Source: Felis catus
Lineage: Eukaryota
Reading direction: 5' to 3'
Assembly (NCBI RefSeq): GCF_018350175.1
Contig: NC_058368.1
Span: 170,006,001-170,070,000, forward strand
Length of the DNA stretch: 64,000 nt
The notes beneath the pieces were generated by a model that did not search any database, was not told where the DNA came from, and saw nothing but the letters and a program-made list of their open reading frames with translations. Shown in pieces: positions 25,161 through 39,675 of this stretch; within the stretch, counting starts at the first letter, position 1; each line of letters opens with the position of its first letter. The translations under genes were made by a program, and so were the position numbers.

Positions 25161-25544
25161 CACATCCCGCCACTATATTTGCAGCCAGAGTTGCTCTTTC
25201 TGGAGCTGGACTTAGCTTTCTGGAAGAGGCTCATTCTTTTCAAAATGCTTGATTTTAAGAATGTCTTAGAGATAACTTTCTATGTCACTCCTATGCCTCT
25301 GTTAAGCATCTTTAGCCCCTGCTATTTATTCTTTCTCTTCCTCTCTGACATTTAGCATGTTTCAGGATTTCCTTCCTTTCTAATGATGAATATTCTTCCA
25401 TTCTGTGTATAAAACACAGTTTGCTTATCTACTCATGTATCAATGGACACTTGGGTTGCTTCTGTCTTTTGGCTATGGTGAATAATGCTGCTGTGGCCAC
25501 AGGAGTGTGCCATCCCTCGGAGTACTGTAATATTAAAATGATGG

Positions 25545-25782
25545 TGATCTTGAGAAACTTAACAGAAGGCCATGGGGGAAGAGAAGGGGAGAAATAGTTA
25601 CAAAGAGAGAGGGAGGGAAGCAAACCACAAGAGACTCTTAAATACAGAGAACAAACTGAGGGTAGATGGGGGGTGAGGGAGAGGGGAAAGTGGGTGATGG
25701 GCATTGAGGAGGGCACCTGTTGGGATGAGCACTGGGTGTTGTATGGAAACCAATTTGACAATACATTTCATATTAAAAAAAT
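25545..25782 (+). mobile_element. L1_Fc 3' end, 5'-truncated, next to an older minus-strand L1 fragment at about 25350-25508
   Basis: 'gagactcttaaatacagagaacaaactgagggt...gggatgagcactgggtgttgtatggaaaccaatttgacaatacatttcatattaaaaaa'. Confidence 0.9.
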
Positions 25783-26721
25783 ACAAGTCAATAGAAGAAC
25801 TGATTACATTTGATACTGGAGACATTATTTTATCCTGCTTCTTAGAGCAGGAAATGATTGAGATTTCAACTCCAAGCAATCCCATCTGTTGAAAATATTG
25901 TTAGAGGGAAGCTACTGCCAAATCCAATCAAACCTATTTTCTTTGCCATTGATATGGAAACTATAAAGTGAATGAAAGCCCCTGAAACACCTACATGCAC
26001 ACATTATGAGCTTCACAGTGCCCCAATTGCAAATTATGACTCTCTGCTTGTGTTGAAGCAATCACACCCATTGATATGATCAATACATGCCTTTCTTATT
26101 GAGAAGAAAAGATAGAGTAGTCACACTTTTCCTCTTTTTGAATAGAGCAACAATAACACAAAGAGCATCGTTCTGCAGCATAAAGTTATGCATTTTTTAA
26201 TGTCTAACCTTGTTTAAACAAAGTTTTAAGACACTTGAGTCAATTTTAAGGTTTTTTTTTTGTTTGGCTTTGCTTTTATCAAGTTAGTTTCATACAATTT
26301 CATAAATTTCTAAATGTTTCCAGTGGAAAAATACTTAGATCCGTCCTTGTTTTATGTTGTAACTTATCCAAAATGTTGGGTTCAAGTTGAAATCTTGTCA
26401 GCCCCTAAATCGCTATTTTATAATTTGTTAAGTTCTCAGAAAAGCATATTAAGCCTTTGGTGAATTCAGTAACATCTTCACTTAAGAAATCATTATGTTT
26501 TTTAACATAAGTTTCACAGTATTACAGATTAGGCTAAAGTTGTTTGCTTCATCATCCCGCTACAATAATTTCACTCATTAAAAATTCCAAAGCTAGCATC
26601 ATGACTCTCATAGTTCTACATGATATGGCCCAAATTTACTTCTAACTTCATCTCCTTCCCATGTCTCTGGGACCTACTCTTCTCCAGCCCCAGTGGAGAA
26701 CATACTAACTCAGTCCTATCA

Positions 26722-27080
26722 CATCAGGATAGGCTGGGTTATTCTGCAGTAATGTAGTAACTCCAAAATCTAAAACCCTTACAACCAAAGGTTTTGTCTC
26801 TTGGGTCCATCATTTTTATTAAAAGATATAAAGGTTGGAGAAGACCCAATATATTGACCATTGTTAATTATTATCTAAAAAGGAAAAAATATTGTAAATT
26901 TTCAATCCAAGTAAATGCTTCAGTCCAGAAATGACACTCATTTCTTTCCACAATTGTTGGCCAGAATTTGCCACATGACACATCACAACACAAAAGTGCC
27001 AGAAAATACAATGCTACCATGTTCCTAGAAGGGAGGAAAAGAAGAAATATTTACCAAAAAAGTGTGAATGACTACAGCAG
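26722..27080. mobile_element. Old MaLR LTR (MLT1K/L-like) amid L2 fragments
   Basis: 'tcaggataggctgggttattctgcagtaa...ccagaaatgacactcatttctttccacaattgttggccagaat...ccacatg'. Confidence 0.5.
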
Positions 27081-27310
27081 GCATTTTTACTTGCTGTTAA
27101 AACTGCAATGTTCTTCCCTCAGGAAATTAGAATTAAACAAATTCTCTTTGTTTCAATTTTGCCAAAATCCTTAGAAAGTTCATCCCTAATGACCCCATCT
27201 GAAACACTTTCCTTTATTACTTTCTCCCTACCAGCTTTATTTTTATCCTCACTTATCTCTATGGGGAATTATATCATGTTTTTATTACTTGTTTTATACA
27301 TATAGACATA

Positions 27311-27530
27311 TTTTTTTTTAATTTTTTTCAATGTTTATTTATTTTTGGGACAGAGAGAGACAGAGCATGAACGGGGGAGGGGCAGAGAGAGAGGGAGACA
27401 CAGAATCGGAAACAGGTTCCAGGCTCTGAGCCATCAGCCCAGAGCCCGACGCGGGGCTCGAACTCACGGACCGCGAGATCGTGACCTGGCTGAAGTCGGA
27501 CGCTTACCGACTGCGCCACCCAGGCGCCCC
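27311..27530 (-). mobile_element. Young Can-SINE (SINEC_Fc)
   Basis: Near-consensus and CpG-rich. TSD 'atagacatat'. Confidence 0.97.
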
Positions 27531-27924
27531 ATAGACATATATTTTTAATACATAAGATACTATATTTTCTTTGACATTCACTGATTCATTGATATATCCC
27601 CCATTCCTAAAAGAGTATCTGGAACTCAGCAGACAGCAAATAAATATTAGCTAAATGAATTAATAAATGAATGCATGTATCAGATTGGTGCATAATGTTT
27701 AGACTCTCTATCCATCTATATCTATGAGATGGATATAGGTTTCACTTATATATTGCAAGAATGCAAATTTAGTTTAATAATATATTTTAAATACAAAGAG
27801 AAAATTTAGTTTCTGAAGTTTTATAAAACTGCTTGGATCTTCCTTGAGAGACTCCCTCTGCTGGTTATCTTGGGGCAGGGCAAAGATGAAGCTCAGTCTG
27901 ATTTAAAAGGAAATCAAGACATTC

Positions 27925-30900
27925 TCTTTTTTTTTAACTTTAATTCCAGTGTAGTTAGCATACAGTGTTTTATTAGTTTCAGGTACACAATGTAGTGATT
28001 TAACAATGCCATGTATTACACAGTGCTCATGATAAGAGTGTTCTCAATCTACTTCATTTATTTCAAGGATCCCTACCCATCTTCCCTCTGGTAACTGTCT
28101 ATTCTCTATAGTTGAGTCTATTTTTTGGTTTGTCTCTTTTTTTCCTTTGTTCATGTCTTGGTTCTTAAATTCTACATATGAGTGAAATCATATGATACTT
28201 GCCTTTCCCTGACTGGCTTATTTCACTTAGCATTATACTCTCTATGCTCTACTCATGTTGTTGCAAATGGCAAGATTTTATTCCTTTTTATGGCTGAATA
28301 TTATTCCATTGTAAATATATACTATTTCTGCTGTTATCTATCCCTCTATCAGTGGACACTTGGACTGCTTTCATGATTTGTCTATTATAAATGCTCCAAT
28401 AAACAGAGGGGTACACATATGTTTTTGAATTAGTGTTGTTCTATTCTTTGAGTAAATATCCAGTAGTGCAATTACTGGCCCATATGATAGTTCTATTTTT
28501 AATTTTTTCAGTAACTTCCATACTGTTTTCCACAGAGGCTACACCAGTTTGAAATTCCACCAACAATACACGAGGTTCACTTTTCTCCACATCTTCACCA
28601 ATATTCGTTTCTTGTGCTTTTGATTTTAGCCATTCTGCCAGGTAGGAGGTGATATCTCATTGTGGTTTGATCACTGATGATGAGTGATGTTAAACATCTT
28701 TTCTTGTGTGTGTTAATCATTTGTGTGTCTTCTTTGAAGAAATGTGTGTTCATGTCTTCTGCCCATTTTTAATTGGAATTTTTATTTTTTTCTTGGTGTC
28801 AGGTTATGTAAATTCTTTATTTATTTTGGATACAAAACCTATATCAGATATGTCATTTACAAATAACTTCTCTCATTCAGTAGGTTGTCTTTTAGTTTTG
28901 TTGGTTGTTTGCTATGAAGAAGCTTTTTATTTTGATGTAGTACTTAAAGTTTATTTTTTTATTTTATTTTCCTTGCCTCAGGAGACATATCTAAAAAGAC
29001 ATTGTTTGGGCTGATGCCAGAGAAAGTACTGTCTCTACTCTCTTTGAGGATTTTAATAGTTTCAGGTCTCACATTTAGGTCCCTAATTCATTTTGAGTTT
29101 ATTTTTGTGTATGATGTAAGAAAACAGTCCACTTTCATTCTTTTGCATATGGCTTTCCAGTTTCCCCAACACCATTTGTTGAAGATACTTTTTCCTATTG
29201 AATAGTCTTGCCTCCTTTATCAAAGATTAATTGACCATATAATCTTGAGTTTGTTTCTGGGCTCTCTATTTTGTTCTATTAACTTATGTGTCTGTTTCTG
29301 TACTAGTACCATACTGTTTTGATTACTACAGCTTTCAAATATGACTTAAAATCTGGGATTGTGATATCACTTTTTCAAGATTGCTTTGGCTATTCAGGGT
29401 CTTTTGTGGTTACATACAAATTTTAGGATTTTTGGTACTGGTTCCATGAAAAGCGGTGTTAGTATTTTGATACAGATTTAATTAAATCTGTAGATTATCT
29501 TAAGTAGTATGGACATTTTAACAATATTTGTTCTTCTAGTCCATGGGCATGAATGTTTCAGTTTCTTTCATCAATGTTTTGTAGTTTCAGAGTAGTTTCA
29601 TCTCCTTGGTTAAGTTTAATCCTAGTTTTTTTGTTATTTATGGTGCAATTATAAATAGGATTGTTCTCTTAATTTCTCTTTCTGTTGCTTCATTATTAGG
29701 AATGCAACAGATATGTGTACATTGATTTTGTATCCTGTGACCTTACTGCATTAATTGATCAGTTTTAGTAGATTTTTTGGTGGGATCTTTAGGGTTTTCT
29801 ATGTAGTGTATCATGTCATCTGCAAACAATGAAAGCTTTACTTCTTCCTTACCAATTGGGATACTTTCTCCTTTTTCTTGTCTGGTTGCTGTGGCTAGGA
29901 CTTCCAGTACTATGTTGAATACAAGTGGTGAGAGTGAACATCATTGTCTTATTCCTGACCTTACGGAAAAAGCTCTTAGTGTTTCACCATTGAGGATCAT
30001 GTTAGCTGTGGGGTTTTCATACATGGGCTTTATTATGTTGATGTATGTTCCCTCTAAACCTATTTTGTGGAGAATGTTTATGATAAATTACTGTTGTACT
30101 TTATCAAATACTTTTTCTGCATCTATTAAGAGGATCATATGACTTTTACCTTTTGTCTCACTGATGTGATGTATCATGTTGATTCATTTGTAAATATTGA
30201 ACCACCCTTGCATCCAGGAATAAATAGCACTTGATCATGGTGAATGATTTTTTTTAATGTATTGTTGGATTTAGTTTGCTAATATTTTATTGAGTATTTT
30301 TGCATCTATGTTCATCAGGGATAGTGGCCTGTACTTTCCCTTTTTTGTGGTATCTTTATTTGATTTTGGTGTCAGGGAAATGTTGGCCTCATAGAATGAA
30401 TTATGAAACTTTATTTCCTCTTCTATTTTTGGAATAGTTTAAGAAAAATAGATATGAACTCTTCTTTAAATGTTAGGTAGAATTCACCCATGAAGCCATC
30501 TGGTCCTGGAATTTTGTTTGTTGGGAGCTTTTTGATTCACCTTTATTGCTGGTAATCATATTGTTCAAATTTTCTATTTCTTCCTAATTCCTTTTTGGGG
30601 GGTGATGTGTCTCTATGAATTTATCCATTTCTTCTTGGTTGTCCAATTTGTTGGCATGTAATTTTTCATGACATTCTTTTCTAATCCTTTATATTTCTGT
30701 AGTATCAGTTGTTTTTTATTCTCTTTCATTTCTGATTTTGTTTATTTGGGTTCTCTTTCTCTCTCTCTTCGTCTCTCTCTTTCTCTCTTATTTTTTTTAA
30801 TGACTCTGGCTAAAGGTTTATCAATATTATTGATCTTTTCAAAAACCAGCTCCTGGTGTCATTGATCTATTCTGTTTACTTTTTTTTTTTTTTTTTTTTT

Positions 30901-33900
30901 TTTTGTTTCTATATCGTTTGTTTCAACTGGACTCTTTATTATTTCCTTCCTTGTACTGCTTTTCTGTTTTATTTGTTCTTCTTTTTCTAGGTCCTTTAGG
31001 TGCAAGGTTAGGTTGTGTGATATTTTTCTTTCTTCTTGAGGTAGGCCTGTATTGCTATAAACTTCTTTCTTCAAACAGCTTTTGCTATATCTCAAAGATT
31101 TTGGACCATTGCATTTTCATTTTCATTTGTCACCATGTATTGTTTATTTCTTCTTTGATTTCTTGGTTGGCCCATTCAGTGTTTAGTAGCATGCTATTTA
31201 ACGTCCATGTATTTGTGTTCTTTCCAGATTTTTTCTGGTGGTTCGTTTCTAATTTCATAGCGTCATGGTTGGGAAATATACACAGTATGACTTTGATCTT
31301 TTTGAATTTGTTCAGATTTCTTTTGTGGCCTAATATATGATCTCTTTTGGAGAATGCTCTGTGTGTACTTGAATAAAATGTGTATTCTGCTGTCCTAGGA
31401 TGGAATGTTCTGAATATATCTGTTAAATCCATCTAGTCCAATGTGTCATTCAAAGCCACTGTTGTCTTGATTTTCTTTGTTTGGATAATCTTTCCTTTGA
31501 CAAAGTCGGGTGTTACTGTCAATTACTTCCTTTATGTTTGTTATTAACTGTTTTAGGTATTTGGGTGCTTTCATGTTGGGTGCATAAATATTCACCTGTG
31601 ATATATCTTCTTTTTCTCTTGTTACTGTCTTTGTTTTAGAATCTTTTTTGTCCAATGTAAATTTTGCTACCTAGCTTTCTTTTCACATTAATTTGCATGA
31701 TAAATCTTGCTCCATCCCCTCACTTTTAATCTGCGTATATCTTTAGGTCTGAAATGAATCTCTTGTAGGCAGTATATAGATGGGTCTTGCTTTTTTATCC
31801 ATTCCTTCACCCTATATCTTTTGATTGGTACATTTTGTTCATTTGCATTCAAAGTAATTATTGATAGGTATGTATTATTGCCATTTTATTACTTGTGGTG
31901 ATTTTTGCAGTTTTTATCTCTTCCTTTCTTACCTTGTTCTCTTCTCTCATGATAAGTTGTCTTTCTTTGGTGACATACTTGGATCCCTTTCTCCTTATTT
32001 TTTGCATATCTATCACTGGTTTTTGATTTGTGGTTACAATTAAGGTTGTGTGTAATGTCTTCTGCATATAGCATTCTGTGTTAAGTTGATGGTCACTGAA
32101 GTTTGAACCCATTCTTTAGTCCTCTGACCTCTACGTTGTAGGTATATGGTGTCATAATTTTCATCCTTTTACTTTGTGAGTCCCTTGATTTATTTTTACA
32201 GATATACTTAATTTTACTGCTTTTAAGATTTCTGCTTTTCTTGCTGTTATTTATAATGTTTCCTTTCCCCTCAGAGAAGTCCTTTTAACATTTCTTGTAG
32301 TGGTGATGAATTCCTTTGACTTTTGTTTGTCTGGAGAACTCTTTATCTTTCCTTCTATTATAAAGGATAGCCTGGCTGGATAGCCTTCTTGGCTTCAGAT
32401 TTTTCCCTTTCAGCATTTTGACTATTTTATGCTAATACCTTCTGGCCTACAAAGTTTCTGCTGAAAACTAAGATGATAGGCATATGGGGTTTCCCTTCTA
32501 TGTAACTTTTTTTTTGTTTCTTGCTGCTTCTAAAATTCCCTGTTTATCACTATACTTTGCCATTTTTATTACTGTGTGTCTTGGAGTGGGTCTCCTTGGG
32601 TTGATTTATCATGGAATATCTGTGCCTCCCATATTTGAATTTGTGTCCTTCCCCAGATTCAGTACATTTTCAGCTATTATTTCTTCAAATACATTTTCTG
32701 CACCCTTTTCTCTCTCTTCTCCTTCTGGAGTCCCTATAATATGAATGTTATTACACTTGGTGGTATTGCTGTTTCCTCTCTATTCTTATTTTGTGTATTT
32801 TTTTCCCTCTCATGTACAGCTTGATTGCTTTCCATTACTCTGTCATCCAGGTCGCTGATGTGTTTGTTCTTTTGCTTTTTCTCATATTCTGTTTATTCCA
32901 TCTAGTGTATTTTCACTGTCATTTATTGTGTTCTACATCTCTGATTGGTTCTTTTTTTATCTCTTTTGTTAAGGCATCACTGATGTCCTCCACTATTTTC
33001 TCAAGTCCAGTGAGTATCTTTATGATTATTACTTCACATTCTCAATCAGGCATATTACTTACCTTCATTTCACTTAAGTCTTATACTGTGGTTTTGTCCT
33101 ATTCTTGCATTTGGGACATATTCCTCTGACTCTTCATTTTGTCTCACTCTCTGTGTCTGTTTCTATGTGTTAGGATAGTCAGCTAAATCTCCTCTTGAAT
33201 GTAGTAGCCTTATGAAGAAGAGGTCCTGTAGTGCCTTGCAGTGCAGAGTCCCTTTTTTTAACAGAACCTGGCACTTCATGGGTGTTTCCTATTTGTGTTG
33301 CATGCACACTGCTGTTGTGGCTGAGTCATTTTTGACATTTGTCTAATCATCTGCAGTGGCTCTTTGCCTATTGTGGTCAGTGTTTGTTCCCTGTGGTGTT
33401 AGTGGACTAGTCTGAAGCTACCTTGGGCTTGAGTTTAGTCAGACCAGGCATTTGCCAGAGATGCAGTAGCACCAGTTGCAGGGTGTTTTCCCTGTGTTGT
33501 TCCCTGAGAAGTTTTGTTGGTGGGCAGGGCCTGCAATCAGACCAGCTATCTTCCCCCAGGCCACTCAGTAGGCCACAGTCGGACTGGTGTCTGTGGTTAT
33601 CTTTCCCTCTTCCCAGGGCAGGAGTTACTTTGAAGTGCAGGTGCAGGTTCCTTTCAGGGCTGTTGGCACACTACCAGGCTTGTGGCCCTGGTTTGGATGG
33701 GCTCCTGCCAAAAGTGTATTGGAAGGGGTAGACTCCAACATGCTTGGGGGTGGGGCATGTAGTTTTAGCAAGGTTTGTGCAGTAGTCCTCTGTGAGGGAG
33801 GAATCTGCTTCTACTTCTCCTGCCGCTACTGCTGGGGCCAAGTCTGGCTGTGTTGGATGTGGCAGATCTACAAAGTACATGAGGGTGAGGTGCCCAGTCT

Positions 33901-34490
33901 TTGCAAGATTTGGGCTGGTCTTCTGGGGTAGGGGCCTGCAGCATCTGGACTGAGGCCATCCTGGCTAGAGAAGGCAGATCCACTGAAGTGCTGTTGGGCA
34001 GGTTGTGGTGTAAGCAAGTTAGTTAGGGAATGTTGGTGCTATACTGTTCCCACAGGTTCCCACAACTGGTTCCAGCTGTTTATGCTGAGGGGCAGGGGAG
34101 GGAAATGGTGCCTACCAGCTCCTTTGTTCCTGGAGGAGTCTCCCATGGTTCTTTTCCCTCTAGAACATGCTTTGAGATTAGTAAATAACTCTCCTGCCTG
34201 TATGTGCCAGGAAGTTTTCAAACTACTGCTCCTATTCTTTACCTCTGTGGGCTGCCATGCTGTTTCTTATTAGCACCCTCCTGAAGACAGTCCTAGGGTC
34301 TGTTTTGTTCCCCACCAACTCTTCACCTTTCCTACCCTCTTTTATGTGACCTCTACATTTAGTTTTCGAGTTTATTCTGCCAGTCTTTGGGTCATTTTCT
34401 GAGTTATTTACACTGATGTGAGTGTTATCTAGTTGTATCTGTGGGATGAGGTGAGCTTAGGGTTCTTCTGCTTTGCTATCTCCCCAGCTT
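27925..34490 (-). mobile_element. Near full-length carnivore L1 (same family as the 11.8-18.5 kb copy), inactive
   Basis: 3' terminus 'taattccagtgtagttagcatacagtgt', ORF2 fragments (e.g. MDLTDIFRTFHPRTAEYTFYSSTH at 31432-31130), ORF1 at about 32280-33150. Its 5' end 'gggatgaggtgagcttagg' is shared with 18412-18430. Confidence 0.93.
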
Positions 34491-35679
34491 CTATCTCAGA
34501 TTATTTAAATGTTACCTTGTTTCTTTTGGGAAAACTGCTTTGCCTTTCAGATTCTCTATCTCCCAATCTCTTTTCTAAGATGACATTTGAATACATGGAG
34601 AAGATGTATGGCCTTTGTAAGGCAGTGGAGGGCAACTAGGTCCTTAAATCTTCCCAGTGTCTGCTGGATCCTGCCTGACTTGTACTGCAAAATGGATGGA
34701 CTGGTACACCTTCTGCACTAATGTGCAAAATCCTCTCTGACTATTTGAACTTCTTGTGCTAACACCAGATATCTGGCTTCTCATCTCACCCAGACAACAG
34801 ACCGTGTATTTGGAAATGGCTGTATATAATACCTCTCCCTACCTACCAACCAGCTCCTTACCAGCAGGTCATGCCACTAACCTGAGGTGCTTAGGCTCCT
34901 TATCTATCTGGATATTTATAACCACCCATGATCTTGAGGGTGTCAAGTGCCCTTAAATCTGACCATTCTAAACCTTACTCTCCACAGTCTCCATGCCTGC
35001 AAGAGGGTTGGGCCCTCTCTTCCTCAAGACCCATCTTTCTTCTCTTCTTAGGCCACAAGTCCCATGACCTGGTGATCATGTTGGAGGGTGAGTGCAAGAG
35101 AAGTAACTCTACTATAGGTATACTTAAATCATTGCTTTTGATTGAGAAACCAAATCAGACATTAAAGATAAAGATGACCAGGAATAAATATATTGGTACA
35201 ATATAAAAAACATGCCAGTATTTATAGTACCTGTAAAAATTAATTTTCTAAAGGCTTTAGTGTCCTCCTTTATATGAGGAAAAAAATGTAACAGACTCTG
35301 TCAATGAACTTGGAGTCAGGTAACCTGGGAAGGGCATTACATTTTCTGCATAACTAGGGTGACTCTTCTTTCTTACAAATTTTCCCCACTGTGCTCTGAC
35401 CCCAGTATTAAAAATAGTGGCTTTGATGTCAGTTACAATGGCATTAAACTACATTCTGTTTTATATGTTATGTATGATGTGCAAACCTTTTGGATTTATA
35501 ATAGATATGGAAGCCAGCAAGCAGATGGTAATCTTCATGAGAGTAGGCCCCCCATTGCACCCACAGCACAACATAGCATGGTGTGAAGGGACACTCACTC
35601 ACTGCTGTTAAATGAACAAGCTTCTCTAAAAATGAACTTCTTAGTTTTATATAAAAATCTTAAACCCTCTTCATGTCAT

Positions 35680-36130
35680 TAATTCATTCATCCATTTATT
35701 CATTCATTCATGCATCCATTCAGTTATTCCAGAAATGTGTTCAGAGTTGCTGTAGACTAGACACTGTTGTAAGTTCTGGGCAATAGCATCATTGAGTAAA
35801 AATACAAAATCTTGGCTCTCAAGTAGTTTATTCTCATTCTCCTCATTATCCTTGTGATTGTTAACATTTTTAATTTTAACATGCTGATATAATTGCAGAT
35901 TCACTGCAGCTCATTTGCTTAAGAACATAGGCCTGGGAGTTAGATAAGTAAGTTCAAAAGGCTGACTTACTAGCTGTGCAAACTTGAACAAGTTAACTGA
36001 CCTCTCTAAGCCTTAATTCCTCATCTAGAAGAAGAGATAATTGAACATATGTCCAGAGTTGTGCAAAACTAATAATTAAACGAGAAGCATTAACACAGTA
36101 TTTGGCCCAAAGTAAAACATAAGGATTCAG
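35680..36130. mobile_element. L2 3' end (35680-35835) and MIR (35915-36130)
   Basis: (ATTC)n L2 tail text, and MIR core 'cttactagctgtgcaaacttgaacaagttaactgacctctctaagccttaattcctcatct'. Confidence 0.7.
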
Positions 36131-36644
36131 TACACATTGGCCTTATCATCCTTCTCCTACTCCTTATGATTTTCCTCCGCATCATTGCCATCCACACGTC
36201 CCCTTGCCTGCCTATTGTCCTTCTTTTAAACTGTTGCCATTGTATTTGTTTATCTGCAGTAACTTTAAGGAGGCAAGTGAACAGGAAATACAAGCTTTAA
36301 AATCATAGCAAAAGGTAAAGAAATAACAAGACCACCTTGGTAAATCCAGATTTTAATACCTACTTTACTTTCCAAAAGCTATTTTTGCTGTCCCTGGAGG
36401 AACAGGCATTCTGTGTCTACAACCTTGAATTAATATTCCATTTCACTTTTCACAAACACATTTAAAATATAGCCATCATTGTTCTTGTGAGCTATGGCGG
36501 TACTTAAAATTACCTGCATTGTATTGATGTAGAAGTGGTACAGATATAAGAATAAGAGCTAGGAAATCAGAGTTAAAATCCAAGGTTTGTCTTTTGAATT
36601 ATTTGTGCCTTATGTCTAGTTGAAACTATTACCAAAATCCTTTT

Positions 36645-37105
36645 CTTCAAATTGTTTTGAGTATAGCTGACACACAATGGTACATTAATTTCAAGTATAC
36701 AACATAGTGATTCAGCTTCTCTGTACATTATGCTGTACTCACAAATGAACTTGCCATCTGTCACCATACAACACTATTACAATATCGCTAACTATATTCC
36801 CTATGCTGTGCCTTTTATTCCCATGACTTCTTCATTCCATAACTGGAAGCTTATACCTTTCACTCACCTTCACCCATTTTGCCCATCTCTCTACTCACCT
36901 CCACTCTAGAGGTTCCTCACAAAACTAAAAGATATCACCATATTATCCAGTAACTCCAATACTGGGTATTTACCCCCCCAAAAATGAAAACATTAATCAA
37001 ACAGATGTATGCCCCCTTGTGTTTACTGCTGCATTATTTACAATAGCTTAGATACACAAGCAACCTAAGTGTCCATCGACAGAGGAATGGATAAGGAGAT
37101 GTGAC
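36645..37105 (-). mobile_element. 5'-inverted (twin-primed) truncated L1
   Basis: Minus-strand 3' end at 36645-36905 abuts plus-strand ORF2-end text at 36906-37105 ('agaggttcctc...gcaacctaagtgtccatcgacagaggaatggataaggagatgtg'). Confidence 0.8.
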
Positions 37106-38251
37106 ACAATAGTCAAAAATCATTTTTAAAAGCTGATTTTCTTCAAGGTTCAAACAATACCTACTTGACAAATACAAGTGATAATAAAACAGAGTCAAGT
37201 AATGGGCAAAAAAACAGAAACAAAAGCAAAGAAACAAAAAACAACAACAAAAACCCTCCATTTGCTTGAATTGAATGACTACAAAGAACACAGAAATGGC
37301 AAAGCCAAAACTTTTTCCTATTGGATACTCCTTGCTTCCTAGATACTATTATCCTTTCAAATCCATCATAATAACTATACATTAGGATGAATACAGAATA
37401 ACATTTCACTATTCACTCCTGAACGATTACTAAATAACAATCATGATTCATTTGACATTTCATGAATTGTCACACTTCTAATTCCTTTGAGAGTTTATCT
37501 AAAGCTTTACTATCAATTCAACTTTATATGCTTGTGTTTTTATTTCTGTTTTGTTAGTATGTACTCATAAATGGCATGATATGTTTGGACAGAGAGCTTC
37601 AGAATGGTATCATAAGCAGAACTGCGTCTTGGATAAGATTCTTGATTGCTCTTTTTCCAAATCTCTGAGGAAGTGTAGTGTGGTTGTTAAGAGCTCACAG
37701 ACCTAAGTGACATTGTAACACATTACTTCTAAAAGCTTCTGTTTCTTCAGGATTCAATGGACATAGCTGTACCTGCTTCATAGTTTTGTTGTATTCAGTG
37801 AACTAATGAATAGCTCATGTTTTGCTTGGTGAACTGCAAGTGCTCAGTTTTTTCATCTGCAGAATGATGGCACTGGATTATTGATTCTAATCACTAGCAC
37901 ACATCGTATAAGCTGTTTCATTTCTCCTTACGATCTCCCTCTTCTCATGAGTGTTGGCCCCAAGGGTTGTAATTGACTCTAGAGTTTTTCTTCAAGGCAC
38001 CTCAAACATTTATTATTTGGTAATTAAAGAGTAACTAGGTTTTAGGCTTATTTTCACTCTTCTCCTTAAACCAGGTGTGGGGAATGATTGATGGCTAGTT
38101 TAAATAAAAGACTATTTCTCAGCATTATATTTCTCTTTGGCTTTTGGTTGCCTCGGTCTATTGGGAAGCTACCTATTTTCAGTCTTTCTGAGAATTTTGC
38201 ATTTAGTCAAACTCAGTTTTCCAATGAAACCAAACTGTGAATGTCCTTAAA

Positions 38252-38526
38252 TTTTTTTTTTAATGTTTATTTACTTTTGAGAGAGAGAAAGAGAAACAGA
38301 GTGTGAACGGGGGAGGGACAGAGAGAGAGGGAGAGACAGAATCCAAAGCAGACTCCAGGCTCTGAGCTGTCAGCACAGAGACTGACACGGGGCACAGAAT
38401 CCAAAGCAGACTCCAGGCTCTGAGCTGTCAGCACAGAGACTGACACAGGGCTCGAAATCACAAACGATAAGATCATGACCTGAGCTGAAATCAGAGGCTT
38501 AAGCAACTGAGCCACCCAGGTGCCCC
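38252..38526 (-). mobile_element. Can-SINE with a 58-bp internal tandem duplication
   Basis: TSD 'tgaatgtccttaaa' at 38238-38251 and 38528-38541. Unit 38336-38393 is repeated at 38394-38451 with one mismatch. Confidence 0.95.
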
Positions 38527-39492
38527 ATGAATGTCCTTAAAAGGAAACTTGAGAGTAAATAGTCATGGCATCACTGGACTGCCAGTAGTCTGATTATATA
38601 TAAAAATGTTGTACTGGTGATCCTAAAATGCTTAACCTCTACCATGTTCATTAATTCATAAAAGAGAACCTGCCTTTTCTAGTATAGAGCCAGCTGGGGG
38701 AATTTCACTAGAAAGTTGGATACCACAAAGATCTTCCAACTAAAAACTGCTTTGGAAATGCATTTCTTTTTGTTTACTTTCAGCTTTCCAATGAAGCAGG
38801 AGTAAAAAAATAACAAGGCACTAGGTATTATGTAAATAGGTCCCTTAGCTAGAATGATCGGAGGAAAAAGTGAGCTTGAATAACATTACAGCCAAATTAT
38901 CCTTGAAATCTATGTCACTATGAAAAATGCATGTAGCTCAAAAGTAACAAAATCATCAACAAAATTTGCAGAACTATATAAATATGTGAATTTATGTTAT
39001 AGAAAATGATAACTTAAAATGAGTTTTGCTCTAAATTCCCAAACATATCCTGCATATCAGAGAAAATAGTTAGAATTAGCACACGGAGCCTTACAAATAC
39101 TTTCAGTGGCCTAAGGCTGTGAAGCACAGGGTGGGCTGAATTTATTAGTAGACATGCCTTTTCTATACAGGCATTGGCAGAGCAGCTTCTCGTGACTTCC
39201 TGTCTTCATTTGTGTTTTGGCCACAGGAAAGGTGATACATATCACCAGTAATCACATATAAAACCAAAATCACAATATAAAATCACATTCATGTTCCCAC
39301 TTCAGCAAATGGAGACATGAGGAGGCATGAAGTGGCTTCATGGGACCTATGGTGATTTTAAGTGGGAGTCACTAGCTGACCAAAAGTGAGATCTTCATGT
39401 ATAAGCAGTTGACAAAATTTGAAAGCAGTCTGAAAGCAATCACCAAGAAGTTAACTTAGGAATTTGGAAGTCAAGGGCAGTGGAACTATAGA

Positions 39493-39675
39493 CCTGTCGT
39501 CCCAAACCAGGAGCAATTTTGTTCCCCGGGGTCCTTTTGGTAATCAGGACTGACAGGGGTGCAGGGACCAGGACTGCTATTGTCACCTTGAGGGTAGAGA
39601 CTAGAGACGCTAAGTAGCTGAAATGCTCAGAAAGCCCAACTTAAAATGCTGAAAGTGCCACTTCTGTAAACCGTG
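39493..39675. mobile_element. MER20-like hAT-Charlie MITE
   Basis: 'gagcaattttgttccccgggg...gagggtagagactagagacgct...aaaatgctgaaagtgcca...aaaccgtg' follows the recalled MER20 layout. Confidence 0.6.

Noticed and set aside
27910..34510. TSD for the 27.9-34.5 kb L1
   Set aside because: The flanks 'tcaagacattct' and 'ctcagattattt' are too dissimilar to call.
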